Below, piece after piece: positions 1 to 8,180 of a stretch of 55,249 nt of DNA. The first letter of the stretch is position 1. Every line of letters starts with the position of its first letter. This DNA is from Alistipes sp. (lineage in GTDB: Bacteria > Bacteroidota > Bacteroidia > Bacteroidales > Rikenellaceae). The DNA is taken from NCBI GenBank assembly GCA_017647625.1, contig JAGCKG010000168.1:1-55249 (forward strand), read 5' to 3'. The notes under the pieces are model-generated. The model was given only the letters and a program-made list of their open reading frames with translations. It ran no database searches and was not told the origin of the DNA. A program made the translations under genes and the position numbers.

Positions 1-1
1 T

Positions 2-508
2 CCGTTTGTCGATGGTAATGGACGTACTGCTCGAGCACTCTTCTATTGGTATATGCTAAAACAAGGCTATTGGCTAACTGAGTATATGTCGATATCTAGA
101 ATCATTGCGTCAGCTAAGAAATCATATGAGAAGTCATTCTTGTACACTGAGGCAGACAACAATGATATAAGCTACTTCGTGCATTATAATCTAAAAGTAT
201 TGGAGAAGGCGTTTAAGGCACTACAAATATATATAAAGCGTAAGCAAGATGAGCGTCATGCCGCTGCTAGATATTTGCGCATTGGAAATATCAACGAACG
301 CCAGGCTCAAATACTACAGATGTTTAACGACGATCCACATATCGTTTTAACAGTGAAGGATTTACAATTGAAATTCTACATATCTCCAACTACGGCAAAG
401 CACGATATTGTTGGCTTAGTCGAAAAGGGACTTTTGAAAGAAATCTCCTTTAATAAAGTTAAAAGGGGGTATGTTAAAGGTGAAAAGTTTGACCAAATAA
501 CAAATTAA
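2..508 (+). CDS. Fic family protein (AMPylase-like) with C-terminal winged HTH; 5' end lies outside the window
   Basis: Frame from nt 2 reads PFVDGNGRTARALFYWYM..., the Fic motif (H)PFxDGNGRxxR, and continues into ORF 53..508. The C-terminus (INERQAQIL...TTAKHDIVGLVEKGLL) is HTH-like. Confidence 0.9.
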   Translation, partial: PFVDGNGRTARALFYWYMLKQGYWLTEYMSISRIIASAKKSYEKSFLYTEADNNDISYFVHYNLKVLEKAFKALQIYIKRKQDERHAAARYLRIGNINERQAQILQMFNDDPHIVLTVKDLQLKFYISPTTAKHDIVGLVEKGLLKEISFNKVKRGYVKGEKFDQITN

Positions 509-563
509 TCTACAGCTTCAATTCTTTCCAGTGCTTTCAAAATTGGAAAGAATTGGAGTGAAG

Positions 564-600
564 CAACTCGTGAATACCTATCACGAGTTGTTTTATTTTT
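564..600 (+). terminator. Intrinsic terminator of the Fic gene
   Basis: Perfect 10-bp stem CAACTCGTGA/TCACGAGTTG followed by TTTTATTTTT. A second hairpin, CAATTCTTTCCA/TGGAAAGAATTG, lies at 519-555. Confidence 0.75.
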
Positions 601-624
601 AGATCACCATATGGTGTCTCTACC

Positions 625-650
625 GATCGTGAATTTGTAAAGATATATAA
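625..650. repeat. 26-bp direct repeat, left copy
   Basis: GATCGTGAATTTGTAAAGATATATAA, identical to 2172-2197. Confidence 0.9.
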
Positions 651-744
651 CCATAAAGTAAAGAAATACTACGATATTTATATATTATATGATGTGTTGT
701 GCATTTAGAGAAATTTATTGTAAAATCTAATATTGGTTTCATAA

Positions 745-779
745 ACAGAGGAAGCTGGCTGAAAAACGGCTCCCTCTGT
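745..779 (-). terminator. Probable terminator of the AT-rich two-gene cassette
   Basis: On the minus strand, the stem ACAGAGGGAGCCG/CAGCTTCCTCTGT is followed by TTAT, just downstream of the stop at 825. Confidence 0.5.
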
Positions 780-824
780 CGTTATAATAGATAGATTAAA
801 CTCTATAACATATAATTCCCGTGC

Positions 825-1220
825 TTATACTGGGTTTTTTATTGAAAATTCTATTATTTGGTTACAGGTAGCTATAAATTTCTTAATGTTATCTTTAAAT
901 CTCTCAGTTGCTGAGTCTGTTATTGCATGGTTAATAATGTGAAATGTATCAGTTAGGTTAATTCCTCTTTTATTGATGTAAAATTCGTATATCCTACCAG
1001 AGTTAACACCATATTCCATAACAATACCCTTGTTTTGATACTTAATTCTCCCCTCTTTGTCACTAGTAAAAATAAACTCTATTCCGTGACCCTCTTCGTT
1101 ACCGACGTATATAACATATGCAGGTTTATCTATGGGATTGATATTAATACCACTTAACTCTATCGTCTTGTCATTTATTTCAGAACTCAAAGTTCGTCTT
1201 ATAATTCTAATTGAGCACAT
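825..1220 (-). CDS. Small hypothetical protein, weakly DUF2283-like
   Basis: ORF 825..1247. ATG at 1220 overlaps the upstream stop (TAATG), suggesting coupling. KGIVMEYGVNSGRIYEFYI resembles the DUF2283 beta-hairpin (by eye only). Confidence 0.55.
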   Translation of the reverse strand: MCSIRIIRRTLSSEINDKTIELSGININPIDKPAYVIYVGNEEGHGIEFIFTSDKEGRIKYQNKGIVMEYGVNSGRIYEFYINKRGINLTDTFHIINHAITDSATERFKDNIKKFIATCNQIIEFSIKNPV

Positions 1221-2089
1221 TATTTTACGGTTGAAAGAGTAAAACAAAAAATCTTAGCGTATTTCTCTATTACCGATTCTAATTCTACCTTGAATGAACG
1301 AGGATTTTTGTCTACATTATCGATGATTAATACGCCCCATATTTCTTCTTCTTCATTTGTAATCGCTAATGCATATAGATTATTTGCTTTTGTATTCATA
1401 TTTAACAATGAACTATAGTTGCTTTCATCTATAAATGCATCTTGCATATATTTTCTTACATCACGATATGATGTAGTCCTAGAGTTTTTTATTTCACTGA
1501 AATTCTGAGGCAATGTTATGCTAGATATATCACAAGTTTGCACCTCAATTTCACGCCCTTCTTTATAACATTTGTCTGCAACACCATTCAAACCTTCATT
1601 CCTTTTAGAAATTTTAAAATGCGTATGCGAGATTTCCTCATTAGGATAAGAATATCGTGCATATAGAGTTAGATAATCCGAAAAGAGAGATATTGGAGTG
1701 TTTTTTAGGTATTTTATCCAGGTCCTATTTTTGAAGTTGTTGACAAAATTTGTGATAAAAACAAAATATAAATACCCCATTATAAACTGCCAACCCTTTT
1801 GTGGTCTCAAAATACTAATTCTTGTATTAAACTCTCCACCACCAAGTTGCTCTTTTGCTATAAAGCGTAAAAAACGTTTAGCCCAAGACTTAATAACTCG
1901 ATCTTCTTTTTTTGAGATTATTTCGCATAGTTGTATAAGTATAATAGGAATCGTTATGATTAATGACACAGCTAATTTATACTCAATCAATTTGTATATA
2001 ATGTTATTTGTTGAATTTGTAGGCAAATTAGATAAAAAAGCCATTGTTGTAGGTCCAGCAACCAACAAGCAATATTTTAGTTTCTTCAT
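1220..2089 (-). CDS. Hypothetical membrane protein; N-terminal hydrophobic segments and GAF-like C-terminal region
   Basis: 289-aa AT-rich ORF with hydrophobic stretches near the N-terminus. GVADKCY...LYALAIT...IWGVLIID resembles GAF-domain motifs. Confidence 0.65.
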   Translation of the reverse strand: MKKLKYCLLVAGPTTMAFLSNLPTNSTNNIIYKLIEYKLAVSLIITIPIILIQLCEIISKKEDRVIKSWAKRFLRFIAKEQLGGGEFNTRISILRPQKGWQFIMGYLYFVFITNFVNNFKNRTWIKYLKNTPISLFSDYLTLYARYSYPNEEISHTHFKISKRNEGLNGVADKCYKEGREIEVQTCDISSITLPQNFSEIKNSRTTSYRDVRKYMQDAFIDESNYSSLLNMNTKANNLYALAITNEEEEIWGVLIIDNVDKNPRSFKVELESVIEKYAKIFCFTLSTVK

Positions 2090-2171
2090 ATTTTATCTGC
2101 GAATATCTATATCTCGCATAAAGATACGCTAAATTATTCAATAATCATAATGTTTAAAGGGAAATCAATAT

Positions 2172-2197
2172 GATCGTGAATTTGTAAAGATATATAA
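2172..2197. repeat. 26-bp direct repeat, right copy
   Basis: GATCGTGAATTTGTAAAGATATATAA, identical to 625-650. Confidence 0.9.
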
Positions 2198-2209
2198 TCT
2201 CAAATTTTC

Positions 2210-2237
2210 GGGTGCAAAACGGGTGCGCGATGGGTGC
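2210..2237. repeat. Three phased GGGTGC hexamers (possible recombinase arm-type or regulator sites)
   Basis: GGGTGC at 2210, 2221 and 2232, with exact 11-bp periodicity. Confidence 0.55.
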
Positions 2238-2388
2238 GTCAATGCCCCAATAAAGACCATTTAGGCTCACTTTATCGGATCCGAACCTAATATTCATACA
2301 AACTATCTCAGTATTATATCTCCCCAAACAGTTCCTAAACACACTCTAAGCACGACCTCCAAACAACATTCACATATCAACATACAAG

Positions 2389-2416
2389 AAGGAGCAAACC
2401 CGAAGGTCTGCTCCTT
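2389..2416 (-). terminator. Terminator downstream of the GGGtGRT gene
   Basis: Stem AAGGAGCA.ACC/GGT.TGCTCCTT with a TTCG loop on the minus strand, ~30 nt after the stop. Confidence 0.7.
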
Positions 2417-2443
2417 TCAATGTATTCTAAACCAATCAGTTGA

Positions 2444-3442
2444 TTAGTTCATTGCCTGCTGGATAGCTACTGCAATAGCCACAGTTGCACCTACCATTGG
2501 GTTGTTACCCATACCGAGGAAGCCCATCATCTCAACGTGTGCTGGAACTGATGAAGAGCCTGCAAACTGTGCGTCAGAGTGCATACGACCCATTGTGTCG
2601 GTCATACCGTATGATGCAGGACCTGCGCCCATATTATCTGGGTGCAATGTACGGCCGGTACCACCACCTGATGCTACTGAGAAGTACTTCTTGCCTGCAA
2701 GAGTACGCTCCTTCTTATATGTACCTGCTACTGGGTGCTGGAAGCGTGTAGGGTTTGTAGAGTTTCCTGTGATAGATACATCTACATCCTCCTTCCACAT
2801 CACAGCTACGCCCTCGCGAACGTCGTCAACACCGTAGCAACGTACCTTTGAGCGAAGACCCTCAGAGTAAGAGATAGTCTCAACCTCGTGTACCTCACCT
2901 GTGTAGTAGTCGAACTCTGTACGAACGTATGTAAAGCCGTTGATACGAGAGATGATCTTAGCAGCGTCCTTACCAAGGCCGTTAAGGATAACGCGCAATG
3001 GGTTCTTACGAACGCGGTTAGCCATCTCAGCGATCTTGATTGCGCCCTCAGCAGCGGCGAAAGACTCGTGACCTGCGAGGAATGCGAAGCACTGTGTCTC
3101 CTCGCGAAGAAGACGTGCAGCGAGGTTACCGTGACCGATACCCACCTTACGATCCTCCGCTACAGAGCCGTTGATACAGAATGCCTGAAGACCCTCACCG
3201 ATAGCCTCAGCAGCGTCAGCAGCATTTGTACAACCCTTCTTAATAGCGATAGCAGCACCTACAACGTAAGCCCACTTTGCGTTCTCGAAGCAGATAGGCT
3301 GAGTCTCCTCACACATCTTGTAAGGGTCGATACCCTTCTGGTCGCAGATAGCCTTTGCCTCCTCGATTGACTTGATATCATATTGTGCAAGCACAGCGTT
3401 AATCTTATCGATTCTGCGCTCGTAGCTCTCAAATAATGCCAT
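2444..3442 (-). CDS. GGGtGRT protein
   Basis: Contains the family signature SVASGGGTGRTLHPDN; ATG at 3442 gives MALFES... Confidence 0.92.
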   Translation of the reverse strand: MALFESYERRIDKINAVLAQYDIKSIEEAKAICDQKGIDPYKMCEETQPICFENAKWAYVVGAAIAIKKGCTNAADAAEAIGEGLQAFCINGSVAEDRKVGIGHGNLAARLLREETQCFAFLAGHESFAAAEGAIKIAEMANRVRKNPLRVILNGLGKDAAKIISRINGFTYVRTEFDYYTGEVHEVETISYSEGLRSKVRCYGVDDVREGVAVMWKEDVDVSITGNSTNPTRFQHPVAGTYKKERTLAGKKYFSVASGGGTGRTLHPDNMGAGPASYGMTDTMGRMHSDAQFAGSSSVPAHVEMMGFLGMGNNPMVGATVAIAVAIQQAMN

Positions 3443-3488
3443 AATTTTATTCAAATTTAATGGTTAATAACTCTATGAACGCATTCGA

Positions 3489-4181
3489 TTACTCGTGACG
3501 AGGATCGATATACTTAACAGCGTCGTTGAAACGACCATACGAACCCTTAGCCTTCTCCAAGGCCTCAGCTGGCTCGATACCCTTCTTGATGAAGTCCATC
3601 ATCTTACCAAGGTGTACGAACTCGTAGCCGATAACCTCGTCGTTAGCGTCGAGAGCCATACGAGTACAGTAACCCTCAGCCATCTCAAGGTAGCGAGTAC
3701 CCTTAGCGTTAGTACCGAACATAGTACCTACCTGTGAGCGAAGACCCTTACCAAGATCCTCCAAAGAGGCACCGATTACAAGACCGCCCTCAGAGAATGC
3801 AGACTGTGTACGACCATAAACGATCTGCTTGAACAACTCGCGCATAGCGGTGTTGATAGCGTCACAAACGAGGTCAGTGTTCAAAGCCTCAAGGATAGTC
3901 TTACCTGGAAGAATCTCTGAAGCCATCGCTGCAGAGTGAGTCATACCAGAGCAGCCGATAGTCTCAACCAAAGCCTCCTCGATGATACCATCCTTAACGT
4001 TTAGGGTAAGCTTACAAGCACCCTGCTGTGGTGCGCACCAGCCAATACCGTGAGTAAGACCAGAGATATCCTTAATCTCCTTTGCGCGTACCCATTTTCC
4101 CTCCTCTGGGATAGGAGCTGACTCGTGGTTAGCACCCTTCTTCACGCAGCACATCTGCTGCACTTCGTGTGAGTAAATCAT
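3489..4181 (-). CDS. NifU/IscU-like Fe-S scaffold-domain protein, partner of GGGtGRT
   Basis: GWCAPQQGACKLTL...ETIGCSGMTHSAAM...DLVCDA; sits directly upstream of GGGtGRT. Confidence 0.85.
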   Translation of the reverse strand: MIYSHEVQQMCCVKKGANHESAPIPEEGKWVRAKEIKDISGLTHGIGWCAPQQGACKLTLNVKDGIIEEALVETIGCSGMTHSAAMASEILPGKTILEALNTDLVCDAINTAMRELFKQIVYGRTQSAFSEGGLVIGASLEDLGKGLRSQVGTMFGTNAKGTRYLEMAEGYCTRMALDANDEVIGYEFVHLGKMMDFIKKGIEPAEALEKAKGSYGRFNDAVKYIDPRHE

Positions 4182-4245
4182 AGTCAATTAGTTTTTAATT
4201 TGTTATTATAAAATCACTTAGTTATATCTTTTGCAAAAATCGTCG

Positions 4246-4253
4246 CAAAGTTA
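4246..4253 (-). promoter_or_regulatory. Bacteroidota sigma-A -7 element
   Basis: TAACTTTG on the minus strand, 65 nt upstream of the NifU-like start. Confidence 0.6.
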
Positions 4254-4352
4254 CGAAAACAAATCGGATAAAGCAATTATAAGTTCATAAATTTTTTTAA
4301 TAAATATCCCTCACTCTCACAATATCTCCACTCGCAAATTAGAGTTTATGTC

Positions 4353-4375
4353 GTAGGGGCAGTCATATTTTGCCC
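4353..4375 (+). repeat. GTAG-type REP-like hairpin
   Basis: GTAG followed by the stem GGGCA...TGCCC; single copy in the window. Confidence 0.35.
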
Positions 4376-4416
4376 TTCCCTATCACTAATTCACACAACC
4401 CGACGCTCTATTTTAA

Positions 4417-4606
4417 GGGAGGTTCTATAAATTAGGTCGAGTTGATTTTGAAGTATATTTCGAGTAGATATTTCATCTCTTGCGAAGGCGCAATGCGAGC
4501 ATTGTAACTGAGGAAAGATGAGATATATGCCGAAATAAATTCAAAAGTAGCCGAAAAGAATCTATCTTAAGTAAAATAACACTTTTGCTAATTTATAGAA
4601 CATCCC
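4417..4606. mobile_element. 190-bp MITE-like non-autonomous element
   Basis: 19-bp terminal inverted repeats GGGAGGTTCTATAAATTAG / CTAATTTATAGAACATCCC (1 mismatch). TAA on both flanks (4414-4416, 4607-4609). Long internal imperfect hairpin and no ORF. Confidence 0.75.
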
Positions 4607-4633
4607 TAAAGTGTTTATAGAGCGTGTAAAACT

Positions 4634-4663
4634 ACGGGGATGACTCTGATTAGTCATCCCCGT
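4634..4663 (-). terminator. Terminator at the end of the pilus operon (possibly bidirectional)
   Basis: Perfect 12-bp stem ACGGGGATGACT/AGTCATCCCCGT. Confidence 0.75.
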
Positions 4664-4806
4664 TTCTCTCTATTATCCGCCTTAAAACAGCGTTAAAATG
4701 CGTTTAGGAGTCTACTATTGAGGTCTACGCATAGCGTATAGGGTCAGGTTGCTCTATTTAAGCGTTACCTGCTCCTTGAGTTCATAGGCGAAATGGTTAT
4801 ATAGGG

Positions 4807-7800
4807 TTAATTTTCGTCACTTATCTCCTGCTCTATTGTTAGGACTATAGGTATAGGCTCTTGACGCTTTGTAAGGTTATACAACAGTTCGAGGTCTACG
4901 CTCCTCTTTTCGCCATTCTCCATATAGTTAAAGTTATAGGTAATGTCGTTGCCCGCCGAGTCCTTTGTAGTATAGTAGAAGTCGATAGGGTCATCATTCC
5001 ATCCGTAGGTGTACTCCTCACGAAGGTTGAGTTCAAACTTACCATCATCATAAATGGTTGCTACACCTATTCGGGCACCTGTACGAAGACGCACGAATGC
5101 GACAAAGGCATTATGAGGTATCGGGCGCGGCACACCATCACTACCCTGATAGTATATCTCGCCCTTAATATGCTCGGTCTCCACATTAAAGGTCTTGTCC
5201 CAGAAGACAATTCTATCTTTATCAGTGGTGATATGTATATCGCCACCTGCGGTAATTGATGTCTTCTTAAATGGCAGGCACTTACGCTCACCACTTTGGT
5301 CGATGCTGCCCTCTACAGGCACTTTCTGACCAAACTGGTTGAACTGCACTTGGGACTCATCCTTATTTGCCGCTGGGAGACTGCCATACATATGTCCATG
5401 CTCGCGGTGACGGTCAACGGTGTAGATAAATCGACCAGGAATTGTTGGGTGGGGGCGAAGCTTGTCAACGGCTACTCCAGTGCCGTCATTCGCTGCCTTT
5501 CTCCAATTTTCAGGGTAACGGTCATAGTCAATCTCAAGCATAGGTGCATCGATATATACCTCGAAGTGGTCACCAAAGTTCTCACCAAAGGGGTGTACCG
5601 AGCAACCATCCGAGCCTTTGAAACTTGTGATATCGAAGAGAATATCTACCTTCTGACCAGGCTTATAACTCAATATCACGTCGTCAACACTCTCCTCCTG
5701 ATCGCCATTTTTCACATTGCTCAACAACTCGCCATCAGTCGGTATAGTTTTAGAGTTTCCACCTCCTGCATCTGACACTTTCACCTGTGCAGCAAAGCGG
5801 TAAGGGCGGTAATGCGCTACATCGAAAATTACCGAGCGATACTCGTTGCCTTCGTACATCTTTGTACCATATGCCATATCCGAGCTATCGCGTGAGTTTG
5901 GAAAGGCGTTATAACTATAAGCATTGTTTGACGCAACTCGCACAACATCCTTATTATTTGCACTATTTGTTAGGAAATAGATGTTGTATGTTCCATCCTC
6001 CTGCAGACCATATAGTTCCGCCTCGGTTGTTGCGCTTGTTTTATAGTTTTGTGTTCTGAATGCCATAACGCGACCATTGGTACTCCAATATGACTCGTTG
6101 AAGAGTATCACATCTCCATCCCACGCAAGACCCTGAATCTCCTCATAAACATCTTCATTATGGTTGTAATATGTTCGATAGTCACTAAATGTCTTCGAGT
6201 ATATCAAGAACTCATCGCGTCCATTCTTATGCCACTGTTCACTACCAGGGTTAGCGGCGTGGTTCATCGCTTTATAAGTGCCATCACTCTGTCGCTCCTG
6301 CAACATAATAGTAAACACAAGAGGATGCGCACGCTTCTGAGGCACAAGCATATAGTATAGTTCCTCATCTTCGGCGTAAGCATTACCATAGGAGCGTAGG
6401 TTGTCTACAAATATTCTACGATGAACGTGGTCATATCCTGTGAATACCACATTTTTAGTGATGGTCTCGAAGAACTCTGCCTCGAGATGCACCTCCTCAA
6501 GTTCACCATCCGTATGCTGGAGCAGTGATTGCATATGCAGACGATGCTTACCAGGCCCTGTTACCGTATAGGCATACTTATAGTTGATATTCTCCCAATC
6601 GGCGCCAAAATACCCCTCCTCTCCTTTGGTATATACAGGCAACTGCTGACCTGAGTCGGAGCGCACATCGAGATGATTCACCGAGACAAGCACCGTAAAT
6701 GGGAATAGAGCCTCAGGGCAGGTCTCAGGGATGGTGAAAATAATCGTCGCAAACTCCTTAGCCACACCATACACCTGCGTAGATACCCACGATGGCGTGA
6801 AGTGCTGCGTACGAATAAGATATACCGTAATCTTACGCTGCAACTTACCGTGCTTGATAAGGAACGAGCCTACCTGCTGCTCGTTACCCTCATACATAGG
6901 GTATAGGTATAGGGTTATAGAACCCTCACCCGTAGAGGTGTTGTAGTTGTTCGTAATATTATCGTACGCAACATTATTATCTATCCACGTAACCGTAGGT
7001 GCAACAGCATCACCCTTGCCCCCCTTGGTATATTTATACGGAATTGTCCAGTTAGTACCCGCATACTCGTCGCTACTCAACACATAGACCGTCTGCTCAA
7101 CCCACATTGTCTCCGTACCATCCGAGATCTCGTTTACCCACTCATCGATAGAGATCCACGCATTGTTTGATGCTGGTGCCGTAAGTGCCTTCTCGAAACT
7201 ATCCTGACCAAAGGAGAGCATACCCGTAATCTGGATATTGTAGTTGTGGTTACGGCGTATCATAAAGTTGCTACCATCCTCGTGCTGCAGCACCACGCGG
7301 TAATACTTATCGTTCGCCTCTGTCTCACTTGGGCGGTGACCACGAATAATGACACTAACGAGTCTCTCGCCAGAGTTCTCCGTCTCGAAGATATAGTCTT
7401 CGGGTTTGGTATTAATCTCCGTAATATCGGACATAATACTCTGATTGTTAGGCAGCGTCACAAAGTCTTCAGTATCCTCCCAGTTATCCACGATATGGAA
7501 GTGGTCATTGGGATGGTGCGGTGCAACGGTACCAAAGGCAGGGATGTTAACCGTACGGTAACCCGTAACGATGAAGTCATCTGTCTCCCAATTCTCAATC
7601 GTAACCTTCGCCTGATTACGGATAAGTTTCACACCCTCATACGTCGTACCTTTGATTGTGTAACTCAAATCCATAAGTTGCTCACTGATACTCTTATCCG
7701 AGTCTACATCCATCTGAAAACGCGACCAGTATACAAGCATACCTGAGCCACCCTCCATATTGGCAATTACCATACTCTCGGTCTGACCCGGAAACTCCGA

Positions 7801-8172
7801 CTCATCGAACAGACCCTCACTATGATTGCCGATAAAGTGGATGATCTGGGTATGGTTAGGGATGATAGCCTTAAAATGACCGCTATCCTCACCATATGAT
7901 GTAAGTGTTGCCTCCTCCGAACTGATATAGAGACCAAACTCATTGAAACAGAAGAGCGTCATATTGCTAAGGTGCAGACCATCAGGGTCTACAGCACGTG
8001 TATTACGACGCTGAATATCCGATATGTTGGCCTTAAACTCTATGTAGGTATACCCCTCAGGCACCTCCATCGCAGGCTTCTGAGGCACAAACTCCTCAAC
8101 AGCATCGCGCTGACACGATGCCATTATCGCAAGTGCGACAAGGATATATACTGTATATAGCAATCTTTTCAT
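4807..8172 (-). CDS. Large type V pilus minor/tip pilin-like lipoprotein
   Basis: Lipobox MASC, processing-like site NTR|A, pilin motifs KLIRNQAKV and IRRNHNYNIQI; last gene of the pilin operon. Confidence 0.75.
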   Translation of the reverse strand: MKRLLYTVYILVALAIMASCQRDAVEEFVPQKPAMEVPEGYTYIEFKANISDIQRRNTRAVDPDGLHLSNMTLFCFNEFGLYISSEEATLTSYGEDSGHFKAIIPNHTQIIHFIGNHSEGLFDESEFPGQTESMVIANMEGGSGMLVYWSRFQMDVDSDKSISEQLMDLSYTIKGTTYEGVKLIRNQAKVTIENWETDDFIVTGYRTVNIPAFGTVAPHHPNDHFHIVDNWEDTEDFVTLPNNQSIMSDITEINTKPEDYIFETENSGERLVSVIIRGHRPSETEANDKYYRVVLQHEDGSNFMIRRNHNYNIQITGMLSFGQDSFEKALTAPASNNAWISIDEWVNEISDGTETMWVEQTVYVLSSDEYAGTNWTIPYKYTKGGKGDAVAPTVTWIDNNVAYDNITNNYNTSTGEGSITLYLYPMYEGNEQQVGSFLIKHGKLQRKITVYLIRTQHFTPSWVSTQVYGVAKEFATIIFTIPETCPEALFPFTVLVSVNHLDVRSDSGQQLPVYTKGEEGYFGADWENINYKYAYTVTGPGKHRLHMQSLLQHTDGELEEVHLEAEFFETITKNVVFTGYDHVHRRIFVDNLRSYGNAYAEDEELYYMLVPQKRAHPLVFTIMLQERQSDGTYKAMNHAANPGSEQWHKNGRDEFLIYSKTFSDYRTYYNHNEDVYEEIQGLAWDGDVILFNESYWSTNGRVMAFRTQNYKTSATTEAELYGLQEDGTYNIYFLTNSANNKDVVRVASNNAYSYNAFPNSRDSSDMAYGTKMYEGNEYRSVIFDVAHYRPYRFAAQVKVSDAGGGNSKTIPTDGELLSNVKNGDQEESVDDVILSYKPGQKVDILFDITSFKGSDGCSVHPFGENFGDHFEVYIDAPMLEIDYDRYPENWRKAANDGTGVAVDKLRPHPTIPGRFIYTVDRHREHGHMYGSLPAANKDESQVQFNQFGQKVPVEGSIDQSGERKCLPFKKTSITAGGDIHITTDKDRIVFWDKTFNVETEHIKGEIYYQGSDGVPRPIPHNAFVAFVRLRTGARIGVATIYDDGKFELNLREEYTYGWNDDPIDFYYTTKDSAGNDITYNFNYMENGEKRSVDLELLYNLTKRQEPIPIVLTIEQEISDEN

Positions 8173-8180
8173 ATTATATC

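Noticed and set aside
4680-4806. Possible spare C-terminal fragment (LTLYNHFAYELKEQVTLK) and an 11-bp match GAGGTCTACGC to 4891, downstream of the large tip pilin
   Set aside because: Too short and out of order to support a shufflon or alternative C-terminus; no recombinase or inverted sites.
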